Origin: Candidatus Babeliales bacterium
GTDB lineage: Bacteria; Babelota; Babeliae; Babelales; JANWKD01
Assembly (NCBI GenBank): GCA_963701665.1
Contig: OY969622.1
Span: 1,184,001 to 1,248,000, forward strand
Direction: 5' to 3'
DNA: 64,000 bases
The translations under genes and the position numbers were made by a program. The notes under the pieces were generated by a model. It worked only from the letters and a program-made list of their open reading frames with translations. It searched no databases and was not told where the DNA came from. This document shows positions 1-10,169 of this stretch, one piece after another (position 1 is the first letter of the stretch; each line of letters opens with the position of its first letter).

Positions 1-2440
1 CCCATACACCATCTTTTTCAAGCAAGCTCATCTCATGGTTACGATCTTTAACAGGCCTATACATAATTGTTTTAGCTTGTGTAACGCCTTTAATGATTTG
101 TTCAATGGTCATGAGGTCATCAAGAGTTTGTTCAATATCAGATATGATTTCTAAAACGCTCAACTCAACTTTGAGCGACAACTGCTGTTTTGTCTTGAGC
201 GTACGCACGTGCGTTATGAGTGACACGCAATGATGCATGAGACGCGCGCTTTTTTCAAAGGTATAATTGATGCCATCAAACCTCGTTTGATGTAATGATA
301 AGAATTTTTCTTCTTTGGAAAAAAGTTCTTGATAAATTGTTTCAGTAACATGCGGCAAGTATGGTGCGTACCACTGCAAAATGCGCAGGCCAATGGTATA
401 CAAGGTCCATTGCGTTGCTTGCACGGTTTCCTTGTCATATTGATCGGGATTGAAAAGTTGATTTTTAATCAATTCAAGATAGTTATCACAAAAATCGTGC
501 CAGAAAAACTTCTCGATCGCATCGAGTGCTGCACTCAATTCATACGTATCCAGCGCGCGGTGATACATCATAAAACACGCGGAACTTTGATGCAGAATCC
601 ACTCGTTCACCGGCCCTAAACGCGCGGGTTGTTCAGTGATATGCTTAGGCATATGTTCATGAATAAAACGAAATGCATTCCATATTTTGGTAACAAGCCG
701 CTGACCAATTTTTAATTGATTTTCTGAGAATGCAACATCGTGGCCAAGTTGTCCTGATGCTGTCCAATAGCGAATAACATCCGCACTGTATTGTTGCAAC
801 AAATTTTCTGGCGCTATTTTGTTATTTTCTTTTGATTTTGAGATTTTTTCTTTTGCATCACTGAGCACGTGCCCCGAAATAACAATATCACGCCATGGGA
901 TACTATCAAAATGCATCCACGATTTTATAATCGTATAAAATGCCCATGTACGAATAATATCATGTGCTTGAGGGCGCATGCTCATGGGTATAAATTCTTG
1001 CGTTGCTTGTGGCTCAAAAACATGAGAATCATCATGAGCAAAGAGTGAATAACAAATTTGTGGCGTCAATGAAGAAGTGTTCCATGTATCCATAACATCG
1101 GTGTCAGGAGTAATTTCAGTACTCCCACATTCAGGACACGAACCATGATACTGAGTTTCTTGCGGGTCAATGGGCAAATATTTTTCTTCAGCAAGAATGA
1201 TATGCCCATTTGCGCAATGCCATACGGGAAAAGGTATGCCAAAAAATCGTTGACGCGAAAGGCACCAATCCCATCCTAATGATGCAACCCAATTGGTATA
1301 GCGCGCTTTCATAAAGCCCGGAAACCAGTTGATGCCATCAGCAATGGCGATCAGTTCTTTTTTATAGGAAAGAATATTTAAAAACCATTGCGATAATGCA
1401 ATATATTCGATTTCTTTTTTGCAACGCTCGTGTACGTTCACGGCGTGCGTAATCTGCTTTTGTGCTGGCAATAAACCGTGTTCTTTTAACGCGTGCAATA
1501 CGGTCTCACGCGCTTTGTGCGCTGTTAAGCCAGCCAAGATTCCAGTATCAGCAACCCATTTACCATCATTACCAATCGATTGACGGTACGGTAAATTATA
1601 TTTTTTGAACCAATAAATATCAGTTTTATCACCGAAGGTACAGCACATAACGAGCCCGGTACCCTTTTCCAGGATAACCTGATCATCTGCCATAATAGGA
1701 ACAACTTGGCCAAAAAGAGGCACCATCGCTTTTTTACCAGCAAGATGTTGATATCGTATATCAGCCGGATTATAAAAAAGTGCCACGCATGAAGGCAAAA
1801 GTTCAGGCCGGGTTGTGCCAATTACCAGCAGTTGGCCATCTTCAGTTTTAAAAACGATATCATTAAAGAACGAGGGTTTTTCAACGTCATCTAATTCTGC
1901 TTGCGCAACAGAAGTACGGCAAACCGTGCAATATAACGCGGGTTCATATTTTCGGTAGACATACCCTTTTTTATACAAACGGATAAATGATTCTTGAGAA
2001 ATTTTGCGCGCTCTACGGGAAATAGTTGAATAATCGAGGTTCCAATCAACGGAAAGCCCCATGTGCTGCCAAAGTTCTTTAAACGTATGTTCAACGGCGA
2101 CCGTTTCTTGTAAACAAATGGCAATGAAATCCGAGCGTTTCATAGAATGCGCGTGGATGTCTAATTTTTTTTCAACAAAACGCTCGGTTGGTAGTCCGTT
2201 ATCATCAAAACCGAATGGATAAAACACCGAGTAGCCACTCATTCTTTTGTAGCGCGCCATGATATCGGTATGGGTATAGGAAAAAATATGGCCAATATGC
2301 AGTGCACCCGAGACGGTCGGCGGCGGCGTATCAATGCTATACAATTGTCCAGGATTATTTTTCGCTGCATAGGTATTATGTTCAAGCCATAATTGTTGAG
2401 CCTTGCGCTCATGAAGGTGATTATCGTACTGTTTTTCCAT
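1..2440 (-). CDS. valS: Valyl-tRNA synthetase, archaeal-like type; 3' end runs off the window
   Basis: Absent from the ORF track (no stop in window). Manual translation from ATG at 2440: MEKQYDNHLHERKAQQLW...YSIDTPPPTVSGALHIGHIFSY...PFGFDDNGLPTERFVEK. The KMSKS-equivalent KISKS near 833-847 and the sequence at the window edge are in the same frame. Confidence 0.93.
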   Translation of the reverse strand, partial: MEKQYDNHLHERKAQQLWLEHNTYAAKNNPGQLYSIDTPPPTVSGALHIGHIFSYTHTDIMARYKRMSGYSVFYPFGFDDNGLPTERFVEKKLDIHAHSMKRSDFIAICLQETVAVEHTFKELWQHMGLSVDWNLDYSTISRRARKISQESFIRLYKKGYVYRKYEPALYCTVCRTSVAQAELDDVEKPSFFNDIVFKTEDGQLLVIGTTRPELLPSCVALFYNPADIRYQHLAGKKAMVPLFGQVVPIMADDQVILEKGTGLVMCCTFGDKTDIYWFKKYNLPYRQSIGNDGKWVADTGILAGLTAHKARETVLHALKEHGLLPAQKQITHAVNVHERCKKEIEYIALSQWFLNILSYKKELIAIADGINWFPGFMKARYTNWVASLGWDWCLSRQRFFGIPFPVWHCANGHIILAEEKYLPIDPQETQYHGSCPECGSTEITPDTDVMDTWNTSSLTPQICYSLFAHDDSHVFEPQATQEFIPMSMRPQAHDIIRTWAFYTIIKSWMHFDSIPWRDIVISGHVLSDAKEKISKSKENNKIAPENLLQQYSADVIRYWTASGQLGHDVAFSENQLKIGQRLVTKIWNAFRFIHEHMPKHITEQPARLGPVNEWILHQSSACFMMYHRALDTYELSAALDAIEKFFWHDFCDNYLELIKNQLFNPDQYDKETVQATQWTLYTIGLRILQWYAPYLPHVTETIYQELFSKEEKFLSLHQTRFDGINYTFEKSARLMHHCVSLITHVRTLKTKQQLSLKVELSVLEIISDIEQTLDDLMTIEQIIKGVTQAKTIMYRPVKDRNHEMSLLEKDGVW

Positions 2441-2477
2441 GATTTTTCTTCTAGATTGGGCCAAGTTTATTATTTAA

Positions 2478-2664
2478 TGCAAACTCGATGAAACTTACAA
2501 TAAACACAAGGATGTCATCCCGAGGCTTTAGCCGTGGGGATCCAAACTTTAATTAAATCCTTAAAGGAACTAATTTTATAATTGGATTGCCACGCATTCG
2601 CTCGCAATGACGATTTTGTTTCCGATATGCATTTCTTACGGCATAGTGACATCAAACTTGCGTT
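2478..2664 (+). repeat. Palindromic repeat copy A (core 2514-2611, GTCATCCCGAG...CTCGCAATGAC) with extended flanks shared with copy E
   Basis: Core nearly identical to 16786-16881. Flanks AACTCGATGAAACTTACAATA and GGCATAGT(G/A)ACAT are also shared. Confidence 0.9.
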
Positions 2665-2713
2665 ATTCAGTGTAACCGCAAAGAATATTTGGGTCAAAAT
2701 TAAACAATCTGCC

Positions 2714-3763
2714 TTATTTTCCATCGTGTAGATTACGCAGGGCAGTGCAGGCAGCAAAAAGTAAAGAATAGGTGCGTACGACGGCATCTCGATCTGGCTC
2801 CTGCTCTATGCGTTTTTTCTTAGCCCAATTTATATAGGTTAAAAGTGCAGTTAACTTTAAACCACAGAAAAAGCTAATTAGAGCTGTTGAAGCAGGATAT
2901 ATTAAAGGCCAATGCAGTCCGATCAAGAGCCCCGTTGTCGGCATGCAACATGCCGTAGAACCAAGAGCAAGACATGCAACTCTACCGCAAGGTCCCTCGA
3001 GCGTTGAACATTGATGATTACCAATCACCATGGTATCAAATAGGTTACCTGGGTCGTAATCATATAGGTGATCAGAGTCATAAACATATTTTAACTCTTC
3101 CCAATAAGGACTGTTTCCAATCCTATTTGAAAAATGGGTTAAAATTTCATAACGAGCTTGCATATAATTACCTTCACAACGTCTTTTTTTCAATCGAGTA
3201 TTGATTTCGTTTGTTTCGCGTACATAATGATTTAATGTTGTTGCTAAATCTTCATAATCATTTTCAAATTTCTCCACAGGAATGTGCCCCTGAGGAATCA
3301 AATTTTCTAATGCTTGTATGTCAGACCAAAAAAATGTTTGTGGATCATCATGACGTACTTTTCCCATAAATTGCTCCATTGCTGCCCTTATTTGATCAGC
3401 ATTTGTATCTTTCCTGCAAAGCCCAACAACATATTTTTGATGAGCTCGTTGTATAGTTCTTGCAATTGGCAAAAAAGGAGAAGGGCCTAAAGGATCTGCG
3501 TTAGGCTGAAACTCTTTTAAACGCATAAGATAATTCAATTCAAAACTATCGGCTGGCAAAAAAGAAAAAATATAGCTTGTTACCTCTGGTGGCAATTTTG
3601 TCAAAAGACAATCTTCACTAGGATCAAAATAGAGTGCTGCTTGGTGCATTGCGTGACCTTTTTTACTTACTAGTACTAAAGGAATTTCTTCTTCCATGGC
3701 ACTACATCGCGCATAAGAAAAAAATAGTAAAATTAGACAACTTCTTGTAATAAGATCAGCCAT
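2714..3763 (-). CDS. Exported F-box-like protein with C-terminal hydrophobic segments (putative effector)
   Basis: Signal peptide ending CSA|MEEE. LLTKLPPEVTSYIFSFLP fits the F-box consensus (LxxLPxEllxxIfsfL). Two hydrophobic stretches near the C-terminus. Confidence 0.7.
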   Translation of the reverse strand: MADLITRSCLILLFFSYARCSAMEEEIPLVLVSKKGHAMHQAALYFDPSEDCLLTKLPPEVTSYIFSFLPADSFELNYLMRLKEFQPNADPLGPSPFLPIARTIQRAHQKYVVGLCRKDTNADQIRAAMEQFMGKVRHDDPQTFFWSDIQALENLIPQGHIPVEKFENDYEDLATTLNHYVRETNEINTRLKKRRCEGNYMQARYEILTHFSNRIGNSPYWEELKYVYDSDHLYDYDPGNLFDTMVIGNHQCSTLEGPCGRVACLALGSTACCMPTTGLLIGLHWPLIYPASTALISFFCGLKLTALLTYINWAKKKRIEQEPDRDAVVRTYSLLFAACTALRNLHDGK

Positions 3764-3772
3764 TTTAGACTC

Positions 3773-6037
3773 CTACGTACTTACCTGTGATAATTTTGCC
3801 AATTCATTGCGTGCAAGTCCCTTTATTTGCTCATTAAACTGTTGAGCGTCAACAATTTCTCGTAGCTGTTTTTGCGCTTCTGTTCGATTTTGTAATTGTA
3901 TATGGCAGTAGGCAATTTTGAATGGCGCTTGAGGCTGTGCGTTATTTATCTGATACGCTTTCCTGAAATAGCCGATCGCTTCTTGAAACTGATTCATTTG
4001 GATTGCTAATTCTCCCAAATTATACCATATGCCGAAATCAGCTGGCCGAGCTTGGGCTACTTGCAGACAAACTTGTTTTGACTCTTGCAGATTGTTATTT
4101 ATATTATACGCGGAAGCAAGCAAGAATAAATTATCAGCATTGCGTTCCAATTCGAGCAATTTTTTACAAGCAACAATAGCTTCTTCACCCTTTTTCATAG
4201 AAAGTGCGACTTTTGCATATATTTTGAAGCCATCAGCATTATCAAGATCGCCTTTCAAGCACGCGTTCCTAAAGCACTCGAGCGCCTTATCTTGCTCGTT
4301 ACGTGATAACCATATTTTGCCCCAATTAAAATATGCCTTACCGTAGTGAGGACGCAAATGCAAGGCGAGCGATAAAGCCTTCTCTGCCTCATCATACCGT
4401 TGTTTGTTTATTAAGAATGATGCCAAGTTGTTATATGCTTCAGGATAGTGAGGTTGGATTTTAATACTTTTCTGCAAACACTCAATCGCCTTATCAGTAT
4501 CGCCAAGAAATGAATAGGCAACGGCCAAATTATTGAGTGGATCAGGATATTGATTATCCATATCGATCGCTTTAATGTAGTAAGGAAGGGATTCTTTATA
4601 TAACCCTTTTTCTGACATTGCAACGGCGTAGTTATTATATGCGCGCGCTTTCCCTGGTGCATTTTGAATAACGTTAAGCCAGAACTCTTCTCCCGAACGC
4701 CAGACGTGGTTGCGCACATATGCAGCGTAACCCACACAGCACAAAAAGCTCAATAACACCGTAGATTTCAAATGATTGTTATAGCGCTGCACTAATGCCG
4801 GCATGTAGGGCGTTTCAAGAGCCAAAGAAAGAAGTTTAACTAAGGCTAATGCAAGAAGCAGCATGGGGCCCATTGAACTAAGATATGTTTTATAATCAGT
4901 CAACAATTCTGATGATGGAATAAATGATGAGCGCGGTGCGATGGCAACAAAAAACCATAAAAAACCAAATGCAATGATTGAAGTCGCATTATTCTTCAAA
5001 AGATAGTAAATACCTCCAGCCAATGAACATAAAAAGAAAAAAGGTATGAAACAATCATAGGAAAAAAAACTTTTAACCAATTTCCAGTCATATTCAACAC
5101 AAATATTGAAAGGCCATACAAACATGAATAAATAGTGAACTATAACTTTAAACTGGGAAATGAAAAAATGCACCGGCAAAATTTTATCAGTTACTTTTTC
5201 CGTCAACACGTTCCCGATATTATTCCGCGCTTCCATTTTTAAGGTAATAGCCTTAGAAAAGAATGAAAATTTCAAAAAATAGATATAAATACCAATCACC
5301 GTAACGGCTAAAAGAGCATGGATGCCTATTCTTTTTTTGAAAGATGCCCACTCGCCTCGTGCTATAAAAAACCAATCAACCACCATCATCAAAAATGGCG
5401 ACATGATTGCAATTTCTTTTGTGCCGCACGCAAGAATGCCGAGTGCAAAAACTAAAGCCATAAAAAATATTTTTAGGCCTTGAGTGCGCGCGTATTCAGA
5501 AAGCATTAAACAAACTGACATGGCAAGAATAAATAATGTCGCCGTACCCTCTAATTGACCCTGAATAACATAGGAGACTGTTTGACTTTGCACGGGATGT
5601 AATAAAAATAAAGCAGCAGCAGTAAATGCTATGAAAAATGCGTGAGTGCTTACGAATTTCTGATTTTTTATGCGGGGAAGCGCCAGCATGAGGAAATAAT
5701 ATATCAACACACCTGTTAAAGAATGTATAATCACGTTACCCAAGCGATAGGTAAAAGGATTAAATTTTCCCCATGAATAATGCACGGAATTTAACCAATA
5801 GCTTATCCAACGCGTCGTTGAAAAAAAGAGTCGACTAAAATGGTAATGACGAATATCAAAAAATTTTGTGATGTTTGCTAGATCGTCAAATTGAAAGCTA
5901 TAGTTCAGAGAAGGATAATAAAAAAGGAAGGTTAATGCGGGTAAAACTAGTAGAGGTATTAAAGAAAGTTGCCACCAAGGATATACAATCCATAAACTCT
6001 GCGCTGATGCGCTTATTTCTTGTCTCTTTTTTTTCAT
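3773..6037 (-). CDS. TMTC-like GT-C membrane glycosyltransferase with C-terminal TPR repeats
   Basis: FQFDD motif after the first TM, HPVQSQTVSYV motif, many TM helices, RNHVWRS, then repeated TPRs (AYNNYA, PLNNLA, AYNNLA, AYFNWG, WYNLG). Confidence 0.8.
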   Translation of the reverse strand: MKKKRQEISASAQSLWIVYPWWQLSLIPLLVLPALTFLFYYPSLNYSFQFDDLANITKFFDIRHYHFSRLFFSTTRWISYWLNSVHYSWGKFNPFTYRLGNVIIHSLTGVLIYYFLMLALPRIKNQKFVSTHAFFIAFTAAALFLLHPVQSQTVSYVIQGQLEGTATLFILAMSVCLMLSEYARTQGLKIFFMALVFALGILACGTKEIAIMSPFLMMVVDWFFIARGEWASFKKRIGIHALLAVTVIGIYIYFLKFSFFSKAITLKMEARNNIGNVLTEKVTDKILPVHFFISQFKVIVHYLFMFVWPFNICVEYDWKLVKSFFSYDCFIPFFFLCSLAGGIYYLLKNNATSIIAFGFLWFFVAIAPRSSFIPSSELLTDYKTYLSSMGPMLLLALALVKLLSLALETPYMPALVQRYNNHLKSTVLLSFLCCVGYAAYVRNHVWRSGEEFWLNVIQNAPGKARAYNNYAVAMSEKGLYKESLPYYIKAIDMDNQYPDPLNNLAVAYSFLGDTDKAIECLQKSIKIQPHYPEAYNNLASFLINKQRYDEAEKALSLALHLRPHYGKAYFNWGKIWLSRNEQDKALECFRNACLKGDLDNADGFKIYAKVALSMKKGEEAIVACKKLLELERNADNLFLLASAYNINNNLQESKQVCLQVAQARPADFGIWYNLGELAIQMNQFQEAIGYFRKAYQINNAQPQAPFKIAYCHIQLQNRTEAQKQLREIVDAQQFNEQIKGLARNELAKLSQVST

Positions 6038-6058
6038 AGCTTTTCCTTTTTTTGCTGA

Positions 6059-6262
6059 GAGCCTTATCCGAAAATAACAAACAACACACCGTCATCCTGA
6101 GGAGCGGAGCGACGTAGGGATCCAGAACTTTAATAAGTTCCTTTAATGAACTAATTTTATAGACCTGGATTCCTACGACAACTTCGTTGTCTCAGAATGA
6201 CATCTTTATTACTTTCCTAGTACTTCTTGCTTAGAGCAAAACTTCAATTTTCGGACAAGCTC
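6059..6262 (+). repeat. Palindromic repeat copy B (core 6091-6201) inside an outer inverted repeat
   Basis: GTCATCCTGAG...GGGATCCAG...CTGGATTCC...CTCAGAATGAC. Outer IR GAGCCTTATCCGAAAA / TTTTCGGACAAGCTC. Confidence 0.8.
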
Positions 6263-6347
6263 TAAAATTACAATTCAATTTTTTGATTGCCATTCTACTG
6301 TACCATGTAATTTTGTCGAGCTTTGAGGGTAAGTACCCGATAAACGT

Positions 6348-6376
6348 TTGACCCCTATGAGCGAATAATCTACACT
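6348..6376 (+). promoter_or_regulatory. Sigma70-type promoter for the M50-like/tyrS operon
   Basis: TTGACC-17 bp-TACACT just upstream of the gene. Confidence 0.6.
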
Positions 6377-6386
6377 ACAAACATAT

Positions 6387-7145
6387 GTGCGTATGGCAAG
6401 TACAAAAAATAATCGTGAATTTCAAGGTTTTCTGATGATTATGAATTTAAGAAATATCGAATTTCTCATGAGCATCTTAACCATGCTTGTTGCCTATATC
6501 ATTACTGAGACAAGCTGCGGTTTTCTGCGCGCATGGGTTGCAAAAATGATGGGCGATGATAGTGCCGAACGTAATGGCTTTCTCAGTTTGAACCCTCTTG
6601 TACATATTGATTTTATTGGGGTTATCTTCCTTGTTCTTTATAACTTTGGATGGGGACGTTATATACCCATCAATCCGTATTCTATTCATGGCCCATTCCA
6701 ATATTTAAAAATCACCCTAGCGTATTTTTCTGACACGATTGCTCGTATCATACTTGCCATCGTTGCATTAGTAATTCTTGTTTCATCATTTGGGATAAAA
6801 CTCCTAGAAGTCGTCAAACCTATGATTTTTCATCAGCATATTGCGTTACCTATTTTGGCAAAATATTATCCTGAAACATCGTCGTTTATTTTAACGATCG
6901 CCATTATTTTGGCAGCAATAATTTATTTGTGTGTTCTTCTAGCAGTATTGAATTTAATTGTGAACACCGTACGTTTAGTTATTTTATTTTATTTTCAAGA
7001 AAGTTTGGGTTCTGGCTACTTAGAATTCTTCATTCCTATTTTACTTATCATTTTTTTAGCTGATCCCTTACAACATAAAGCTATAGATTTTGTTATTCTT
7101 ATTGCCTATTACCTCACTCGTTTATGGGGTGGATCATTCATATGA
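6387..7145 (+). CDS. Site-2 protease (M50, YwhC-like) homolog, apparently catalytically inactive
   Basis: [30 protein letters not shown] and [11 protein letters not shown] match the family, but HExxH and NxxPxxxxDG are absent. Start may be further downstream. Confidence 0.65.
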   Translation: MRMASTKNNREFQGFLMIMNLRNIEFLMSILTMLVAYIITETSCGFLRAWVAKMMGDDSAERNGFLSLNPLVHIDFIGVIFLVLYNFGWGRYIPINPYSIHGPFQYLKITLAYFSDTIARIILAIVALVILVSSFGIKLLEVVKPMIFHQHIALPILAKYYPETSSFILTIAIILAAIIYLCVLLAVLNLIVNTVRLVILFYFQESLGSGYLEFFIPILLIIFLADPLQHKAIDFVILIAYYLTRLWGGSFI

Positions 7146-8350
7146 AAACGGAAAAAAAATCATCAATCAAAGGACTTGAGCGCATCGTTGAAGGTGCAGA
7201 GCTCGTTGTCTCAAATGCAGATTTAGAAAAAAAACTTGCGCGCGGCAAACCTCTCACCATAAAATTAGGTGCCGATCCGACAGCACCCGATCTCCATCTA
7301 GGGCACGCGGTTGTACTTTCAAAATTAAAAGATTTTCAAGATTTAGGTCACAATGTTATTTTTCTCATTGGCGATTTCACCGCACGCATTGGCGATCCCA
7401 CCGGAAAATCAAAAACGCGACCGCCGTTAACTGATAAACAAATTGCACAAAATACTGCCACCTATTTTGAGCAGGTCAGTAAAATTCTTGATCCTGCCCT
7501 CATTAAAATTCGATTTAATTCCGAACTTCTTTCTCCATTGAGCGCGCAACAAATTATTGAATTATGTGCAAAAGTCACGGTCGCGCGTTTAATCGAGCGG
7601 GAAGATTTTAAGAATCGTATGCAAAAGCATGAACCAATAGGGTTTCATGAACTATTGTATCCCCTCTTTCAAGGATACGATTCAGTTGCACTCAAAGCAG
7701 ATGTTGAAATTGGCGGTACTGATCAAACATTTAATTTACTCATGGGCCGTGAACTGCAAGAACATTATGGGCAAGAACCTCAAATTGTTATCACCATGCC
7801 ACTTCTTGAAGGGCTCGATGGTGTTGCAAAAATGTCCAAATCCTTAGGCAATTATATTGGTTTAACTGAACCAGCTTCACAAGCATATGGCAAACTAATG
7901 TCAATTTCTGATAAGCTCATGTGGCGCTATTTTGCACTCTTATTGCGTAAAACAAAACAAGAAATGAGCTCTATGCAAGAGCATGTCGCTTCCGGTGCCA
8001 CCCATCCGATGGAACTTAAAAAAGAAATGGCACATGATATTATTGCAAAATTCTGGTCAATTCCCGAAGCTGATGCTGCTCAAGAGCAATTTCAAGCAGT
8101 GTTTCAGAAAAAAGATTACTCACAAGCAACGCCAATACAATTGGCAAAAGATACTGCAAATCCAATCTGGATCGTTGATTTTTTAAAACTACTCGGTGCA
8201 ATACAAACTTCTTCAGAAGCTAAACGACTACTTGAAGCAGGCGCCGTATCGATTGATGATCAGAAAATAACTGATTTTAAAGCGCAAGTTTCTTGGAAAC
8301 CTGGCATGCATATAAAAGTCGGCAAGCATCGTATTTATCGCATCGAATAA
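7142..8350 (+). CDS. tyrS: Tyrosyl-tRNA synthetase
   Basis: [46 protein letters not shown] and a C-terminal S4 domain. ATG at 7142 overlaps the upstream stop (ATGA). Confidence 0.97.
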   Translation: MKTEKKSSIKGLERIVEGAELVVSNADLEKKLARGKPLTIKLGADPTAPDLHLGHAVVLSKLKDFQDLGHNVIFLIGDFTARIGDPTGKSKTRPPLTDKQIAQNTATYFEQVSKILDPALIKIRFNSELLSPLSAQQIIELCAKVTVARLIEREDFKNRMQKHEPIGFHELLYPLFQGYDSVALKADVEIGGTDQTFNLLMGRELQEHYGQEPQIVITMPLLEGLDGVAKMSKSLGNYIGLTEPASQAYGKLMSISDKLMWRYFALLLRKTKQEMSSMQEHVASGATHPMELKKEMAHDIIAKFWSIPEADAAQEQFQAVFQKKDYSQATPIQLAKDTANPIWIVDFLKLLGAIQTSSEAKRLLEAGAVSIDDQKITDFKAQVSWKPGMHIKVGKHRIYRIE

Positions 8351-8352
8351 AA

Positions 8353-8380
8353 TTAAGGACAGTGTTAAAACTGTCCTTAA
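8353..8380. terminator. Hairpin between convergent genes
   Basis: TTAAGGACAG-8 nt-CTGTCCTTAA. Confidence 0.65.
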
Positions 8381-8408
8381 ACTAATGTGGAGTAATTTTA
8401 TTTACAGA

Positions 8409-8894
8409 TTACTTATGTCGTGCAGCATTTTTCTCATATAACGTATTATTTGCCACATACATTGTACATTCCTCATCTCGCGCTTGTTGAGATAGGTATT
8501 CCGTTTCTTTATATGCATAGTAGCGAGGTTTGCAAGTTATTCTTCCTTTTTCAGCGGCGTTTAAGTGCTTATGATCACGCATGTCGCGACGCAATACGTC
8601 AAACGAGCTATCAGCAACCGAAGATTGATTGCCAAATTCGGGATTATTTGAAGTATCCGCAAGCTTTTTTATGGCAACCGTAAGTTTCGTGGCTGCTCCC
8701 ATATTTTTAGCTGATATAGTAACACCATTTCCTGAAACAGAAGAACATAACCCTTCTTTACTCAGATCTTCACGATCGCATTCCTCTAGGTAAGTACCTA
8801 TTACTTTCTTTCTATAACTTCTTTCCTGCTTTTCCATTGCTTGCGCAACAAATACTGTCAGGGAAGTGCATAAGAAAAATAGCCTATAATTCAT
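8409..8894 (-). CDS. Exported hypothetical protein (ME-type mature N-terminus)
   Basis: Start moved to MNYRLFFLCTSLTVFVAQA|MEKQ, which has an AGGAG RBS and removes the overlap with the upstream gene. Confidence 0.75.
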   Translation of the reverse strand: MNYRLFFLCTSLTVFVAQAMEKQERSYRKKVIGTYLEECDREDLSKEGLCSSVSGNGVTISAKNMGAATKLTVAIKKLADTSNNPEFGNQSSVADSSFDVLRRDMRDHKHLNAAEKGRITCKPRYYAYKETEYLSQQARDEECTMYVANNTLYEKNAARHK

Positions 8895-8910
8895 CGGTAC
8901 TCCTAATCTT

Positions 8911-9486
8911 TTATTTGTTTCTATGAAAATACCACCAGATCCCATAACCTAAACCTGCAGTTGTACCGCTAGCTATGAGCCCATGAAAGAATGCACTCTT
9001 ATATACACTCTTACTACGCGACAAAGTTTCTTCTTGCACTTTATTTTGAAAAGTTGGATCATTTTTTAAGAAAGCAGCAATTATAAGTTCATCATATTCA
9101 TTCATATCTATTTCTAATCTAGATGGTGCCACTGTATATGAACCATCTTTATTCTCCACACTATCTTCTCTTTGGTATAGAGCTTTTACTCTTAAAAGAG
9201 CATCGGCTGATGCTTTTGAAACATACTCGCTCTTAACATCGACATATTTAGGAGGAAATACCTCAAATTCTGAAGCTTTAAATTCATTATCCTTTTTTAA
9301 TGTTTCTAGCAAATTTTTCACTATAAAATGAGAGTTTTTTTCATCTTTCTGTTCTTCAAAAACTTTAACAGGTACGCGTTCAAATTTTAATTCTGCAGGC
9401 TCTTTGTAACCTTCTTCCATTGGTTTTATTTGGCAAAAGTTGCCTAATAAAATCACAAACGAAAATATAGAAATCATATTTTTCAT
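8911..9486 (-). CDS. Exported hypothetical protein with C-terminal TM (ME-type)
   Basis: MKNMISIFSFVILLGNFCQIKP|MEEG; C-terminal hydrophobic helix. Confidence 0.75.
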   Translation of the reverse strand: MKNMISIFSFVILLGNFCQIKPMEEGYKEPAELKFERVPVKVFEEQKDEKNSHFIVKNLLETLKKDNEFKASEFEVFPPKYVDVKSEYVSKASADALLRVKALYQREDSVENKDGSYTVAPSRLEIDMNEYDELIIAAFLKNDPTFQNKVQEETLSRSKSVYKSAFFHGLIASGTTAGLGYGIWWYFHRNK

Positions 9487-9681
9487 AATGAATCCTTAAA
9501 AATTTTTAATTTTTAACATTAATCACAGCAGAATAAGAATAGCAGCATTCTCCACTATTTCAATTGAAAATTTTAATCATTTTCGGGAGAAAACAGAGGC
9601 GATATAAAATTTGATTTTTTTTACAAATATGCCATACTATTAATACAAATAGAAGTCAAAATATAGGGGGAAATTGATTTT

Positions 9682-10110
9682 ATGAACAAGTTATTTATAG
9701 TGTTATTTATTACTGGTTTAGCCTGTGTACAGGTATCCTTAAGCATGGAGCTGGAACCGGATGCCTTGGAAAAAGCAATCAAGAAAAGGCTCATACAGCT
9801 CCCTCCACGCCCTAATCGTTTAAAGCAGATAATCATTGAACCATCTAGGCAAAATTCAACGGTAGAAAAGCAGCTTGATGAAGCATTTGCAACATTAAAA
9901 AACAAAGGTTTTCTCTTTAATCAGATTCAAAGCTGCAAAGTGGAATGTGATCCCGACAATAAAATTAGGGTTAAAAAAATTCTTAGACGCGATAGTAGTT
10001 TTGAAACAATACGAGATAAAACTTTTGTCGAAGGAACAACAAAATTACCCGAGGGATGCTTAATAAGGCTCGATGCAGTAGTACGCGCAACAAGAAAAGC
10101 GAACCTTTAA
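9682..10110 (+). CDS. Exported hypothetical protein (ME-type)
   Basis: MNKLFIVLFITGLACVQVSLS|MELE; AGGGGG RBS. Confidence 0.75.
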   Translation: MNKLFIVLFITGLACVQVSLSMELEPDALEKAIKKRLIQLPPRPNRLKQIIIEPSRQNSTVEKQLDEAFATLKNKGFLFNQIQSCKVECDPDNKIRVKKILRRDSSFETIRDKTFVEGTTKLPEGCLIRLDAVVRATRKANL

Positions 10111-10123
10111 GATCAAATTGCAT

Positions 10124-10158
10124 AAAAAAAAGAGCCCAAATTTTGGGCTCTTTTTTTT
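10124..10158. terminator. Bidirectional intrinsic terminator
   Basis: A8-GAGCCCAAA/TTTGGGCTC-T8 between convergent genes. Confidence 0.85.
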
Positions 10159-10169
10159 GTCTTTATTAA

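Noticed and set aside
214..2124. Short ORFs at 214-438, 329-619, 1525-1821 and 1891-2124
   Set aside because: They are alternative-frame or antisense shadows of valS.
2515..2787. 90-aa minus-strand ORF
   Set aside because: It overlaps the F-box gene and reads through repeat copy A; no RBS or recognisable motif.
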